From contig OX597818.1 of NCBI GenBank assembly GCA_951406725.2, forward strand, positions 123,876,001 to 123,940,000: a stretch of DNA of 64,000 bases. Reading direction: 5' to 3'. The translations under genes were made by a program, and so were the position numbers. This stretch comes from Octopus vulgaris. Its lineage: Eukaryota. Under the pieces are notes generated by a model. It worked only from the letters and a program-made list of their open reading frames with translations, had not been told where the DNA came from and made no database searches. Below, in pieces: positions 49,877 through 62,461 of this stretch (position 1 is the stretch's first letter; each line of letters starts with the position of its first letter).

Positions 49877-50721
49877 AGATTAGCATTGTACTGTTTCTAC
49901 CATATCACACCTCTGAGCACCATATTGTTAATGACTGACTCCTTTAGCTTGAAGTACTGAGTTCATATCTTGCCTTGGATGTAGCTTGCAAGGAATAGAC
50001 TCCTTCAGGCTAACTTATAAGAAATACTTGGACAGAATATGTACAGGTATGGCTCTGTGGTTATGAAGTTTGCTTTGCAACCATATGGTTTTGAGTTCAG
50101 TCCCACTGTGCAGATCCTTGGGCAAGTGTCTGCTATTATAGCCCTGAACCAAATAATGCCTTATAAATGAATTTGGTGGGTGAAAATTGTATGGAAGCCC
50201 GCTGGACAACCAGCGTTGGTTTGTTTACATCCCCGTAACTTAGAGGTACTGCAAAAGGGATGACTAGAATAAATACCAGACTTAAAAGAATAAGCGCTAG
50301 GGTCGATTTGTTCAAGGTGGTACACCTGCATGGTTGCAGTCTAATGGCTGAAACCGCTAAAAAGATAAGACCAAAAAATCTGTAGTCAAATTCCAAATAT
50401 CCAACAGGTTATGAAACTCACCACTCACATAGACACAAAACACTGTAGTGAGTCAGTAAACTTCTTGAAGAGGTGCTAGCAACCTTTTTTCTAAAAACAG
50501 GTCACATGGAACGTGGTTCAACCTAGGTGGGCACACTAGTAAAAAAATTCAAGGTAATTTTTTATGAGGCATATCTTTGTGAAAGTCCTCTAGGCTACAG
50601 TTTGCTCATGACTGGCTATCTGCTAGAAATAGCAGTCAAAACACCTTCATATCACACCTTACTACAATTTTAGTTTCTGTAAAGTTTTGCCTTGGATATA
50701 CCAGTGGTGGAAGTAAGTTGG

Positions 50722-50818
50722 CCAGTTACGCACTGGGGTCGATGTAATCGACTTAATCCGTTTGTCTGTCCTTGTTTGTCCTCTCTGTGTTTAGCCCCTT
50801 GTGGGTAGTAAAGAAATA
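50722..50818 (+). mobile_element. SINE family D 3' end with 16-bp TSD
   Basis: TSD GGAAGTAAGTTGGCCA at 50709-50724 / 50819-50834. Confidence 0.8.
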
Positions 50819-51234
50819 GGAAGTAAGTTGGCCAATATTGAGTGCACAGTGTCTTGTGTTGTTGACAATTATACGAAATGGGAAAAGGTATGAGAGAGAG
50901 AGAGAGAGTTGCTCTTGGCTCTGTTTACTAAGGGCTGACTTGACTTAACTTGGTGCTAAACCACAACTATATCTGAGTTACTTGGGATTTTAAAGATAAG
51001 CGGGGAAAAATATAAGTTATGTATATGTATTTTATACTGTTGATGTCATAATTTTATAAACTTTTGAGAAAATGTAAAATAATTCTTTTTTGGGAGAGTG
51101 GATTTCAAGCTATGTAATAATCACCTGTAAATATTGGGCTGAGAAATCTGAGGAGGCGTGGGTTCATGACCCACAGACAGCCTTTGACTTTTTTCTATCC
51201 AAAAGAGTTTCTCAGCCCAATATTTAAATCTGTG

Positions 51235-51550
51235 GTCTCTGTGCCGGTGGCACGTAAAAAACACCATCCGATCGTGGCCGTTGCCAGCCTCGCCTGGCCC
51301 CCGTGCCGGTGGCACGTAAAAAGCACCATCCGACCATGGCCGTATGCCAGCCCCATCTGGCACCTGTGCCGGCGGTACGTAAAAAGCACCCACTATACTC
51401 ACGGAGTGGTTGGCGTTAGGAAGGGCATCCAGCCGTAGAAACATTGCCAAATCAGACTGGGCCTGGTGCAGCCTTCTGGCTTCCCAGACCCCGGTTGAAC
51501 CATCCAACCCATGCTAGCATGGAAAGTGGACGCTAAATGATGATGATGAT
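51235..51550 (+). mobile_element. SINE-like family C
   Basis: Family core, subrepeats, (GAT)n tail. Confidence 0.85.
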
Positions 51551-51664
51551 GTTCTCGACCATTTTTCACTAATGGACCCTTTTGATTCCTTCTTTGCTCT
51601 GCTGGACCTCCATAGCCAGTCACTGTGTATTAAAAAAATCTTAACTGCATTTTTATCATTAAAT

Positions 51665-52412
51665 AGGTGCAGACATGGCTGTGCGGTAAGAAGCTTGCTT
51701 CCCAACCACATGGTTCTAGGTTCAGTCCCACCATGTGGCACCTTGGGCAAGTGTCTCTTACTGTATATATACACTTATGTGTGTGTTTTTGTGTCTGTGT
51801 TTGCCCTCCCCCTCCACCATCACCATTACCTGACAACCAATGTTGGTGTGTTTACGTCCCTGTAATTTAGCAGTTCAGCAAACGGGGCTGATAGAATAAG
51901 TGCTATGCTTACAAACAATAAGTCCTGGGGTTGCTTTCTTTGACTAAAAAATCCTTTAGAGCGATGCTCAGCATGGCTGCGGTCAAATGACTGAAACAAG
52001 TAAAAACAATATTATAATGAATAGGAGTGGCTGTGTGGTAAGTAGCTTGCTTACCAACCACATGGTCCCGGGGTTCAGTCCCACTGCGTGGCACCTTAGG
52101 CAAGTGTCTTCTACTATAGCCTCGAGCCGACCAAAACCTTGTGAGTGGATTTGGTAGACGGAAACTGAAAGAAGCCTGTCGTATATATGTATATATATGT
52201 AAGTGTGTATTTGTATGGCTGCGTTTGTCCTCCCAACATCGCTTGACAACCGATGCTGGTGTGTTTACGTCCCCGTAACTTAGCGGTTTGGCAAAAGAGA
52301 TCGATAGAATAAGTACTAGGCTTACAAAGAATAAGTCCTGGGGTCGATCTGCTCGACTAAAGGCGGTGCTCCAGCATGGCCACTGTCAAATGACTGAAAC
52401 AAGTAAAAAGAG
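51665..52412 (+). mobile_element. two tandem SINE family B copies (51665-52006, 52023-52412)
   Basis: Similarity to the family consensus. Confidence 0.85.
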
Positions 52413-52632
52413 TGTATAAAAAAATCAAAATATTTTGTGTATTGTTGAAGTGTAACCAATTTATTGTACATAAATTTTAACAAGAAAATCTTATTTGGAC
52501 CCCAGTTGAGACCACTGATTTACATGCTATTGTACATAGCTTTGTATGCTTCAAGATCCACTGTTCCAAAAAAAAAATTTTTTTTTTCTTTCCAAACTGT
52601 TATACTGTATTCCTTGACTTGTTGTCTCATAG

Positions 52633-52690
52633 AAAGGAGATAAAACGCTTATTGGATATCTTTGAAAACAAGCTTGTAGACAGATCCTGA
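52633..52690 (+). CDS. BORCS6: BORCS6 terminal coding exon (I-KEIKRLLDIFENKLVDRS*)
   Basis: CTCATAG|A (AT+A=Ile); matches the BORCS6 C-terminal helix VRDIRRTLEVLE (from memory); TGA at 52688-52690. Confidence 0.9.
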
Positions 52691-52940
52691 GTTTTTCTTT
52701 GTTTTTTTCACTTTTGTTGCTCGACACTGATAGTTGTTTTTTTTTCTTTTTTTAACCACCAAAAGAAAAGAAAGACTGAAAAAAAAAAGACAAAATGAAA
52801 TTACAATACTACTACTACTATCTGTTACATCTGCTCAGTTAATACTTCCAGTTATCTCCACTTTCTTTTAGTTTTATATATACATATATATGTTGATATC
52901 GAACAGTGAATGCTCAACACTGCACTGGTGGATAAAAATT

Positions 52941-53120
52941 CTTTATTTATGGATTAAGGCTACCATTGGTTTCATGTTAAGAGAGAAATCCCTTAATTAT
53001 TAAGCCTGCCATATGGCAACATTGGTGTTTGAGCATTGATGTTCTCATATAGCAGGCTTGATAATTGTTAATGGATTTCTGTGACATAAAACCAATGGTA
53101 GCCATAACCCATAAATAAAG
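52941..53120 (+). other. 180-nt imperfect hairpin in the putative 3' UTR, overlapping the first AATAAA (53114-53119)
   Basis: Arms 52941-53028 / 53033-53120 pair by eye. Confidence 0.75.
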
Positions 53121-54489
53121 TATATACATACATATATATATATTATATATTGGGGGAGGGTAATATCCTTTTTCATTGAAAGGAATGTAATTATATTTAT
53201 GACATCTCTATCGCTAACATTCTTTTTTTTTTATTCTTCCTGTTGTTGTTTAATGTTTTTATTTTTTTGTTATTATAAATCTAAATCTACTTACAAATGG
53301 AGTTCACTTTATTTTTTATTGCCTTTAATCATCATTATTATTATTATTGTTGTTATCAAGGTGGCAGGCTGGCTGAAGCGTCAGCATGCTGAACAAAATG
53401 CTTGGCAACATTTTGCCCGTCTTTCAAATTCCGCTGAGATTGACTTAGCCTTTTATCCTTTCAGAGATGATAAAATAAGTACCAGTTGTGCATTGGGGGT
53501 CAATGTAATCGACTTACTCCACTCACCCAAAATTACTGGCCTTGTGCTAAGATTTGACACCTTTATTTTAATTATTGATAAGGTGGTGAGTTAGTAGAAT
53601 CACTAGCACCTTGGGCAAAATGCTTAGCGGCATTTTATCTAGGTTCTTATGTTCTGGGTTCTAATTCCACCATGGTCAACTTTGCCTTTCTGCCTTTTGG
53701 GGTTGATAAAATAAGTACCAGTTGAGCACCGGGGTTTATGTAATTGAAACTTCAGGCCTTGTGTGTGTATTAGAAAAGATTATTGTTGATTTTTCTTTTC
53801 TTTTTTTTTTCTTTTTTTTTTTTTTTTTATTATTTCGTCTTTCTCCTTCAAAACATCACATATTTTTATCCCCTCCATTTACTTGCCTGTTTGCTACATT
53901 CCCTATGTCTGATTGAAATCCCTTGCAGAATCAAAAAAAAGAAAAAAAAGTTATTGAAACTCAGACACATTTTGAAACGAACCCTTACACAATGTCAATA
54001 TTAAATCTGCCGAACTCAGACATACCACAAGCAATAAAACAAACCACTCACCATCCTCCTCCTCCTCCTCTTCCTTTAAATCTGCAACCATAATGATTGG
54101 TTATCCTCCTACCTCTGCTCTCTTGTCTAAAACCTTGTCTAAAACCTAAAAACTGCAGCCATAATATTGATATTTGTTAAACCAAAATGACAGTTCTTAT
54201 TACAGTGACTGCTAAATCTTAATACAGCCTCAAAAGTAACTTCTCACAAACTAAATACTGGTAGGGGCATGAAATTTGTCTATTTACAAGCTTCCTAGTA
54301 AGTAATCTCTGCTGTAACCTCAATGGTGGTTCCTCTTCCCAGTGCAACTATTATGATAGTTTGTTCTCTTGTAGATATGATATTAATATTTACTCTTACC
54401 GTTTATGTGTGATGACACAGCACTTCCATATCTTGCTATAATTATGATTGAACATATTTATCTACAATGAGAAACAGACTGATTTCCTT

Positions 54490-54737
54490 TGTGTGTGTGT
54501 GTGTGTGTGTGTGTATACACATGGGTATGTGTGTACTTATATGTGTATGTGTATATATGTATGTGTGTACTTATGTGTATGTGTATATATATATATATAT
54601 ATATATGTGTATATATGTATATGTGTATATATGTATATGTGTATATATGTATATGTGTATATGTGTATATATGTATATGTGTATATATATATATATATGT
54701 GTGTATATGTGTATATATATATATGTGTATATATATA

Positions 54738-54776
<39 letters not shown>

Positions 54777-54813
54777 GTGTATATGTGTATGTATATATAT
54801 ATGTGTATATGTG

Positions 54814-54850
<37 letters not shown>

Positions 54851-55020
54851 ATATATATATGTGTGTATATGTGTATATATATATGTGTATATGTGTATAT
54901 ATATATATATGTGTGTATATGTGTATATATATATATATGTGTGTATATGTGTATATATATATATGTGTGTGTATGTATGTGTGTGTGTGTATGTATATAT
55001 GCATGTATAAGTGTGTATAT
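54490..55020. repeat. compound (TG)/(TA)/(TATG) microsatellite
   Basis: Direct reading. Confidence 0.95.
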
Positions 55021-55021
55021 A

Positions 55022-56361
55022 CTAGGTGCATTCAAAAAATATCTGACTTTATTTTTTCCCAAGAAAACTAATGCTGCATGAGTAAAATCCTTTTAGGTGG
55101 GGGATGACGCCACCCTTCCTGCTTCAGTTCCCAACTGTTACACCTAAGAGTACGGACGTGTAGTGTGCACTCATCAGATTTTCATTTTCACCGAGATGCA
55201 CTACACACAGAGATATTGCATCAAATTTTGCCAAAAGCCTGGTGGTACTCAAGCTCAAACCATCCAGAAGATTCAGCAGGCCTTTGGTGATGATGCCATG
55301 GGAAAAACTCAAATCAAGGTGCAGTACAGCTGATTCAGACATGGCTGCGAGTCAGTGAAGCATACTCAGGCAGGCCATCCACAAGCCAAAATGAGGAGCT
55401 AATTGAGAAGGTTATATGAATAATCCATGGGAGACCATTGTGTAACAATTGAGGAAATTGCTCATGAAGTGGGAATAAGCACAAGATCAGTGCATTCCAT
55501 TTTAACGGAGGATTTGTGCATGTGGAGAAGGCGAAATTTTCCCCCAACGTACTGGCAGAGCAGTAGAAACAACTCCACATGGAAATCGCTCAGAGCATGC
55601 TGGGCTGAGCAAACCATGACCCAGACTTCATGAAAACAATCATTACTGGTGATAAGACCCAAGTTTATGGTCTCTGCTCAATGTGTTTGGTCATCTTGTT
55701 TGCCATATTCTGAACGCCTTACTTCCCTGGGCATGGACACATTGAAACTCCGACGTCTGGCAGCTGACTTGACAGACACCCATAAAATTATCAACCATCT
55801 TACAAGCAATAACTCTGAACACCTTTTCAAACTCCACCCGTCTAACACCTGTGGACATATTTACAAAGTCAGAATACAGCACAGCTCCCATGACTTTAGG
55901 AAACATTTTTTCACGCTGAGAGTTGCTGAAGCATGGAACAAACTGCCAGCATCAGTTGTTAGTTGTCGGAACACTGCATCCTTCAAAACTTCCATGCTTT
56001 CTGAGATTCGCCAACACTACATCTGATTTTCTCCCCTCCATACACACACAAGCATGTATCTGACTCATACATTGTTCGCTTTCCAGACATTTGTACATTA
56101 CTGCATATACTTTATACGCACTTTCTGACAAGTTGTGGTGCACCTGAGCACTGTATACAATAATTTCATTATTATTATTATAAAATGACAAATCTGATGA
56201 GCATGCACTACACGTCTGTACTCAAGGCATAACAACATGGAAATTTTCATGCATGCACAAAGAAGGGTGGCATCACTTCCCACCCAACGGATTTTGCCTA
56301 CACAGCATTACTTTTGGCAGGGGAGAAAAATGAAATCAGATACGTTTTTGAATGCACCTCA
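55022..56361 (+). mobile_element. internally deleted mariner-like element with a LINE insertion
   Basis: TIRs CTAGGTGCATTCAAAAA / TTTTTGAATGCACCTCA with TA flanks; transposase N-terminus QRYCIKFCQK..TQAQTIQKIQQAFGDDAMG; long subterminal inverted repeats. Confidence 0.82.
55697..56180 (+). mobile_element. CR1/L2-like LINE 3' fragment
   Basis: LPYSERLTSLGMDTLKLRRLAADL..AWNKLP, (TTA)n tail. Confidence 0.87.
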
Positions 56362-56570
56362 TATATGTGTGTATGTGTGATATAAAAAAAAAATGGTTTA
56401 AACTTAGGAAATGATAATTTGTGTGGGAGCTACCTTTTTGAGGAATCTGGCTACTTACAATAAACTACTTTATTAAGTACTGAAAGTATTGTTGCTGAGT
56501 GTTTATACAAAACAGCTTGGCAAACAAGATGTTTTGCTTTATTTGACAAAAAGCATTTTTTGTTGAATTA

Positions 56571-56625
<55 letters not shown>

Positions 56626-56870
56626 GTATATATATAATAAAATATTAGGGAATAAATCCAAATTTACAGGGAAAAATCAGATTTAGGATTAAATCCAATT
56701 TTATAGTATAAATATATTATATTATATTAAATTAGAGATAAAACCACTATTAGGCAAATCAAACAATGAAAAACATAAGCCAATACACAAAATTAATTAA
56801 TTTATATTATTTTAAATATATATCAAAAGTATTAAAAATTTAATAAAAGATAAATATATATATATATATA

Positions 56871-57064
56871 CTGTTGTGTCTGGGGAAAGTCATTTTCTTT
56901 TTGTGCCTTATAATATAACACACTCACCTGTAAAATTTCCACTCTTTTCCTATTTTTATAAAATAATAGGAAAATAAAAAAATAAAAATAGAGTGGAAAT
57001 TTTACCGGTGAGTGTGTTATATTATAAGGCACAAAAAGAAAATGACTCTCCCCAGACACAACAG
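56871..57064. repeat. fold-back inverted repeat (74-bp arms), probably Penelope-like
   Basis: 56871-56944 versus 56991-57064, two mismatches. Confidence 0.8.
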
Positions 57065-57123
57065 AATATGCTTCAACACACGAACTCATATAAAGAATCG
57101 TGCAAACCAAATCCAAAAACGAA

Positions 57124-57528
57124 AGGCGCAGGAGTGGCTGTGTGGTAAGTAGCTTGCTGACCAACCACATGGTTCCGGGTTCAGTCCCACTGCGTGGCAT
57201 CTTGGGCAAGTGTCTTCTGCTATAGCCCCGGGCCGACCAATGCCTTGTGAGTGGATTTGGTAGATGGAAACTGAAAGAAGCCTGTCGTATATATGTGTAT
57301 ATATATATATATGTATGTTTGTGTGTCTGTGTTTGTACCCCTAGCATTGCTTGACAACCGATGCTGGTGTGCTTACGTCCCCGTCACTTAGCGGTTCGGC
57401 AAAAAGAGACTGATAGAATAAGTACTGGGCTTACAAGGAATAAGTCCCGGGGTCGATTTGCTCGACTAAAGGCGGTGCTCCAGCATGGCCGCAGTCAAAT
57501 GACTGAAACAAGTAAAAGAGTAAAGAGT
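57124..57528 (+). mobile_element. SINE family B, full length
   Basis: Matches the family consensus. Confidence 0.9.
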
Positions 57529-58326
57529 ATATCACCCAAAACATGGATACTAAAACTGATGGTTATATATGTGTGTATGTGTATTAATTGATAGAAGCAC
57601 TGTATATTGTGGAGACAGAAGTGTTACATAAATTTACAAATGTGTTTTTTTACTAAACACATGCATTTTAACCTTGCTGTGAAAACTATAGAATCTCTTT
57701 CTGATCAGTAACACAGATCAACCTAAGTGTCAGCACTATTTACCACTTCCTCAGAGATCAGTTACTCATTTTCCTGAGAGGATAGTAACTTATAACTGTT
57801 TATACTCTACACAACCTTGGATAAAACTAAGTTGTTCTGCCCTAGTTGGGATAATATTACATTCATTGGCTATGGAAATTACTTAATAGCTGTGAAATAT
57901 GAGATTAATTAGCTTTATATCTTTTACTGGACACTTTGAGGCAGAGAAATATAGTTTAATTACATTACCTACTTTTCACAGTAGGGCTAAAAATGTGTGT
58001 TTGCTTTACTTATCCATATATGTATGTGTGTGTGTGTGTGTGTGTGGAGAGAGAGACAAAAAAAAAGAAACACAAAGTTATTGCCAACCTGCAGAGCTGG
58101 GTGGGTTTGTTTTTGTTTTTTGGGTTTTTTTCCCCCCCCAAACTTTAAAATTAGTCATTATATAATAACTACTTTTAAAGAGCTGAAATTCCTCAAAGCT
58201 GACATGGGTCTCAGATTGCTTTTTGAACCAGTTTTATTATTGTCTTCAACAACTATCGAGCTTTAATACCAAAGCAATACTAAATTTTTATACACATATA
58301 ATTATGTATGTATGTGTGTGTGTTTT

Positions 58327-58357
<31 letters not shown>

Positions 58358-58358
58358 A

Positions 58359-58691
58359 CTTTATTTAAAGCAGCAGAAAATTCAACAAAACCTGTTACTC
58401 AGAGTAACAGGTTTTGTTGAATTTTCTGCTGCTTTAAATAAAGCATATTACTCTACCACTGTTATTTGAGTACTCTTTTTTCCACCTTGTTTCACATTTA
58501 TGTGTTTACTCTGGTATATATATATATATATATACTTTATTTAAAGCAGCAGAAAATTCAACAAAACCTGTTACTCAGAGTAACAGGTTTTGTTGAATTT
58601 TCTGCTGCTTTAAATAAAGCATATTACTCTACCATTGGTATTTGAGTACTCTTTTTTCCACCTTGTTTCACATTTATGTGTTTACTCCGGT
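58359..58691. repeat. tandem 176-bp unit, each with a perfect 85-bp palindrome
   Basis: 42-bp arms plus a 1-nt spacer at 58359-58443 and 58535-58619. Confidence 0.9.
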
Positions 58692-59045
58692 ATATATATA
58701 TATATATATATGTGATCTTGTGTGGGTGTATGTATGTATATATATCCTACAAATCTTGGTTTAATTTCCCCCCTGCCGCTGCCAATTTCCCAAGCTATAA
58801 CATCAAACAATTCAAATTTCTTCTAATGGAAACAAGCTTGGTAACATGAACTTGATGATCCTTTACAAGACTGAATACCACTCCAATCGTGTTTCTATCT
58901 TAACACTGTTCTGTAATATGTATTGTTAGTACCAGTATAATAAAGAATCAAGTTACTACATAAAAAAAAAACACTGGCTGTTTCCTTCTTACACAATATC
59001 TGCATAAGTAATTCTTTAAATATATTTTCTTGTACTGTTATTATT

Positions 59046-59410
59046 CATCATCATCATCATCGTTTAACGTCCGTTCTCCATGCTAGCATGGGTTGGACGG
59101 TTCGACCGGGGATCTGGGAAGCCAGAAGGCTGCACCAGGCTCCGGTCTTATCTGGCAATGTTTCTACAGCTGGATGCCCTTCCTAACGCCAACCACTCCA
59201 TGAGTGTAGTGGGTGCTTTTTACGTGCCACCTGCACTGGTGCCAGGCGAGGCTGGCATCGGCCACGATCGGATTGGTGCATTTTACGTGCCACCTGCACG
59301 GAAGCCAGTCGAGGCGGCACTGGCTTCGGCTACGATTCGGATGGTGCTTTTTACGTGCCACCGACACGGAAGCCAGTCGAGGCGGCGCTGGCATCGGCCA
59401 CGATTCGGAT
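59046..59410 (-). mobile_element. SINE-like family C with subrepeats
   Basis: Family core. Confidence 0.85.
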
Positions 59411-59776
59411 ATTAAAGTGACAAAACTGGCAGAATCACTAACACCTGTGAAAAAAAGTGTTCGGCAACATTTTGTTCCTCTTTATGTTCTGAGTTCAAAG
59501 TTCTGTTATGGTTGAGGTTGATGTTACTTTTCATCCTTTCAAGGGTCAGTGAAACAAGTACCAGTCGAGCTCTGAGGTTGATGCAGTCAACTTGCCTACT
59601 CACCCCAAATTTTAGGCCATGTGTGTATGTTAGAAAGGGTTGTATTTCTGCCAAGGCTGACTTTGCCTTTCATCATTTTGGTGTCAGTAAAGTATTTACC
59701 AGTTAAGCAATGGGATCAATGTAATCGACTAGACCCACCCCACAGAATTTTAAGCCGTGTGCCTAAAGTAGAAAGA

Positions 59777-59811
<35 letters not shown>

Positions 59812-59813
59812 GT

Positions 59814-60250
59814 AGGAGTGGCTCTGTGGTAAGTAGCTTGCTTATGAACCCCGGGTTCCGGGTTCAGTCCCACTGCGTGGCAGCTTGGGCAAGTGTCTTC
59901 TACAATAGCCTCATGGATCCTTAGTGGATTTGACAGACGGAAACTGAAAGAAGCCCGTCGTGTATATATATATATATATAGATATACAAAGCCATGTTAG
60001 TGGATTTGACAGACGGAAACTGAAAGAAGCCCGTCATGTATATATATATATATATGTGTGTTTTTCCCCCCACCATCGCTTGACAACCGATGCTGGTGTG
60101 TTTACGTCCCCGTAACTTAGTGGTTCGGCAAAAGAGACTGATAGAATAAGTACTAGGCTTACAAAGAATAAGTCCTGGGGGGCGATTTGCTCGACTAAAG
60201 GCGGTGCTCCAGCATGGCCACAGTCAAATTACTGAAACAAGTAAGAAGAG
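59814..60250 (+). mobile_element. SINE family B with an internal duplication
   Basis: Family consensus; duplicated GTGGATTTGACAGACGGAAACTGAAAGAAGCCCGTC. Confidence 0.82.
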
Positions 60251-60596
60251 AGTGGTGGATTGGTAGAGTCAAATTTGTCTTTCGATAAAATACTGTTTAC
60301 AAGTTGAGAAATGGGAGCAATGGTACCTTCCCTGAATTTTCTGGTCTTGTGGCCTATGGTAGAAATATGGAGAGGGTACAGGTTTCTTGCAGAAATGGGA
60401 AAATGAATGCTTTGCAACGTTTATTCCAGTTGAACCATTTGTGTTTGAATCATCTAAGACTAACTTTGCTTTTCACTTTTCTGGGATTGATAAAATTAAC
60501 TACCAGTCAAATACTGGGGTTCATTTCCCTAACTTTGTGGTTTTGTGCCTGTGTTTAAAATAATTTCATTACTATTATAATTAATTGTTTCTCTTC

Positions 60597-60654
60597 CGGG
60601 CCAACCAATGCCTTGTGAGTGGATTTGGTAGACGGAAACTGAAAGAAGCCTGTC

Positions 60655-60694
<40 letters not shown>

Positions 60695-60910
60695 ATGTGT
60701 GTGTGTTTGTGTGTCTGTGTTTGTTCCCCTAGCATTGCTTGACAATCGATGCTGGTGTGTTTACGTCCCCGTCACTTAGCGGTTCGGCAAAAAGAGACCG
60801 ATAGAATAAGTACTGGGCTTACAAAAAAGAATAAGTCCCGGGGTCGAGTTGCTCGACTAAAGGCGGTGCTCCAGCATGGCCGCAGTTAAATGACTGAAAC
60901 AACTAAAAAG
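60597..60910 (+). mobile_element. SINE family B, 5'-truncated
   Basis: Family consensus. Confidence 0.85.
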
Positions 60911-61017
60911 AGAGAGAGAGAGAGTATTTCATTCAGATAAGATCATTGACCTCATTATTACAAGGAAAGATAATGAAATACTTTGTAATGTGTAGTTACC
61001 TCCCTTTTCATTGAGTT

Positions 61018-61425
61018 TTAATCCTTTGGCATTCAGATTCTTCTGTCGAGTGCAATGCTTATTTATTTACATTGTTTTGAATCATCATCATCGTTTAACG
61101 TCCGCTTTCCATGCTAGCATGGGTTGGACGGTTCGACTGGGGTCTGGGAAGCCAGGCGGCTGCACCAGGCCCAGTCTGATCTGGCAGTGTTTCTACAGCT
61201 GGATGCCCTTCCTAACGCCAACCACTCCGCGAGTGTAGTGGGTGCTTTTTACGTGCCACCAGCACAGATGCCAGGCGAGCATGCATTATCTTATAGCTTC
61301 GATATTTCGACGATGTGATGCTTTATTTGTCGAATGACATTGTAGAGTAGGTGTGGGAGGCCATATATGGCTGCTTCGAACATAAAATTGGTAGAATTGG
61401 CCAGCTTAAATGTTCAAGGGTTGAA
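61018..61425. mobile_element. piggyBac-type MITE with a nested family C SINE (61081-61280)
   Basis: TTAATCCTTTGGCATTCAG .. AATGTTCAAGGGTTGA; related to 35910-36543. Confidence 0.65.
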
Positions 61426-62140
61426 ACAGTTTAACTTAACCTTTCATTTGTCAGGAATCACAAAGCATCTTACCCGACCCCCTTACAGTTACTTCAACCC
61501 ACTGCTCTAGATTTGAACTCAGAGTACCAATAGTCAGGACAAGGTTGTGTATTCTGTGTTATGGTTAAAAGGTCTGCTTTGCTACTCCTCAGTTTCCAGT
61601 TCAATTCTTCTAAAAAGCCTGTGTCAGCCAAAACTTCGAGTGAAATTTAATCAATAGGCACTATGTGGAAACTGTTCTTATGGAGTAGAAATTTACTTAA
61701 TTCATCCTCTAATTTAACACCCCTACCACCTGATCTTCAGGTATGAGACCTTTTTTTGGCCCAACCGTTTTAGCCCTGCCTATTTAGCATCGCTGATTCA
61801 ATTTGTCATGAGACGTTTTATCCCCAATATATTTTAAAACATAACTAGATCATAAAAAGTACAAAAATGAATTTGTTTATTCGTTTTTGTACTTTTTGTG
61901 ATCTAGTTATATGTTTTAAAATATATTTTATTTTTTATTTATGATTTGGTTTATGTCTATCATTGTTTGAATTGCATAATAGTGGCTTTTTCTCTAATTT
62001 ATATATATTATATATATAGTGAGAATTTACAAAAAGAAGACGATGAATGTGTAAATAATAAACAGATGTATTAGTTTAACACTCAAGAAGTGAGAAAGTC
62101 TTTTATATTTCGAGCCTATGCTCTTCGACAGAAAGGAACA

Positions 62141-62351
62141 CGAGCTGGCAGAAACGTTAGCACGTTGGGCAAAATGCCTAGTGGTATGTCTGTCTTTACG
62201 TTCTGAGTTCAAATTCCGCCGGGGTCGACTTTGCCTTTCATCCATTTGGGGTCGGTAAATTAAGTACCAGTTACACACTGGGGTCGATATAATCGATTTA
62301 ATCCTTTTGTCCCCTCTATGTTTAGCCCCTTGTGGGCAGTGAAGAAATAAG
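62141..62351 (+). mobile_element. SINE family D, near full length
   Basis: tRNA-like head with A/B boxes. Confidence 0.85.
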
Positions 62352-62398
62352 GAACACAGAAATAAACATATGTGTGTGTGTGTATGTATATATGTAAG

Positions 62399-62429
<31 letters not shown>

Positions 62430-62461
62430 GTATATATATATGTACATATGTATATATATAT

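Larger units (their letters stand above)
47509..52632 (+). other. U12-type (minor spliceosome) GT-AG intron of BORCS6
   Basis: 5' site GTATCCTT; branch box TTCCTTGAC at 52610-52618 with the branch A 15 nt before the end of the 3' AG; splicing restores the frame. Confidence 0.9.

Noticed and set aside
54448-55081. ~200-aa Tyr/Ile/Val/Cys ORFs (also 62720-63383)
   Set aside because: Dinucleotide microsatellite translations.
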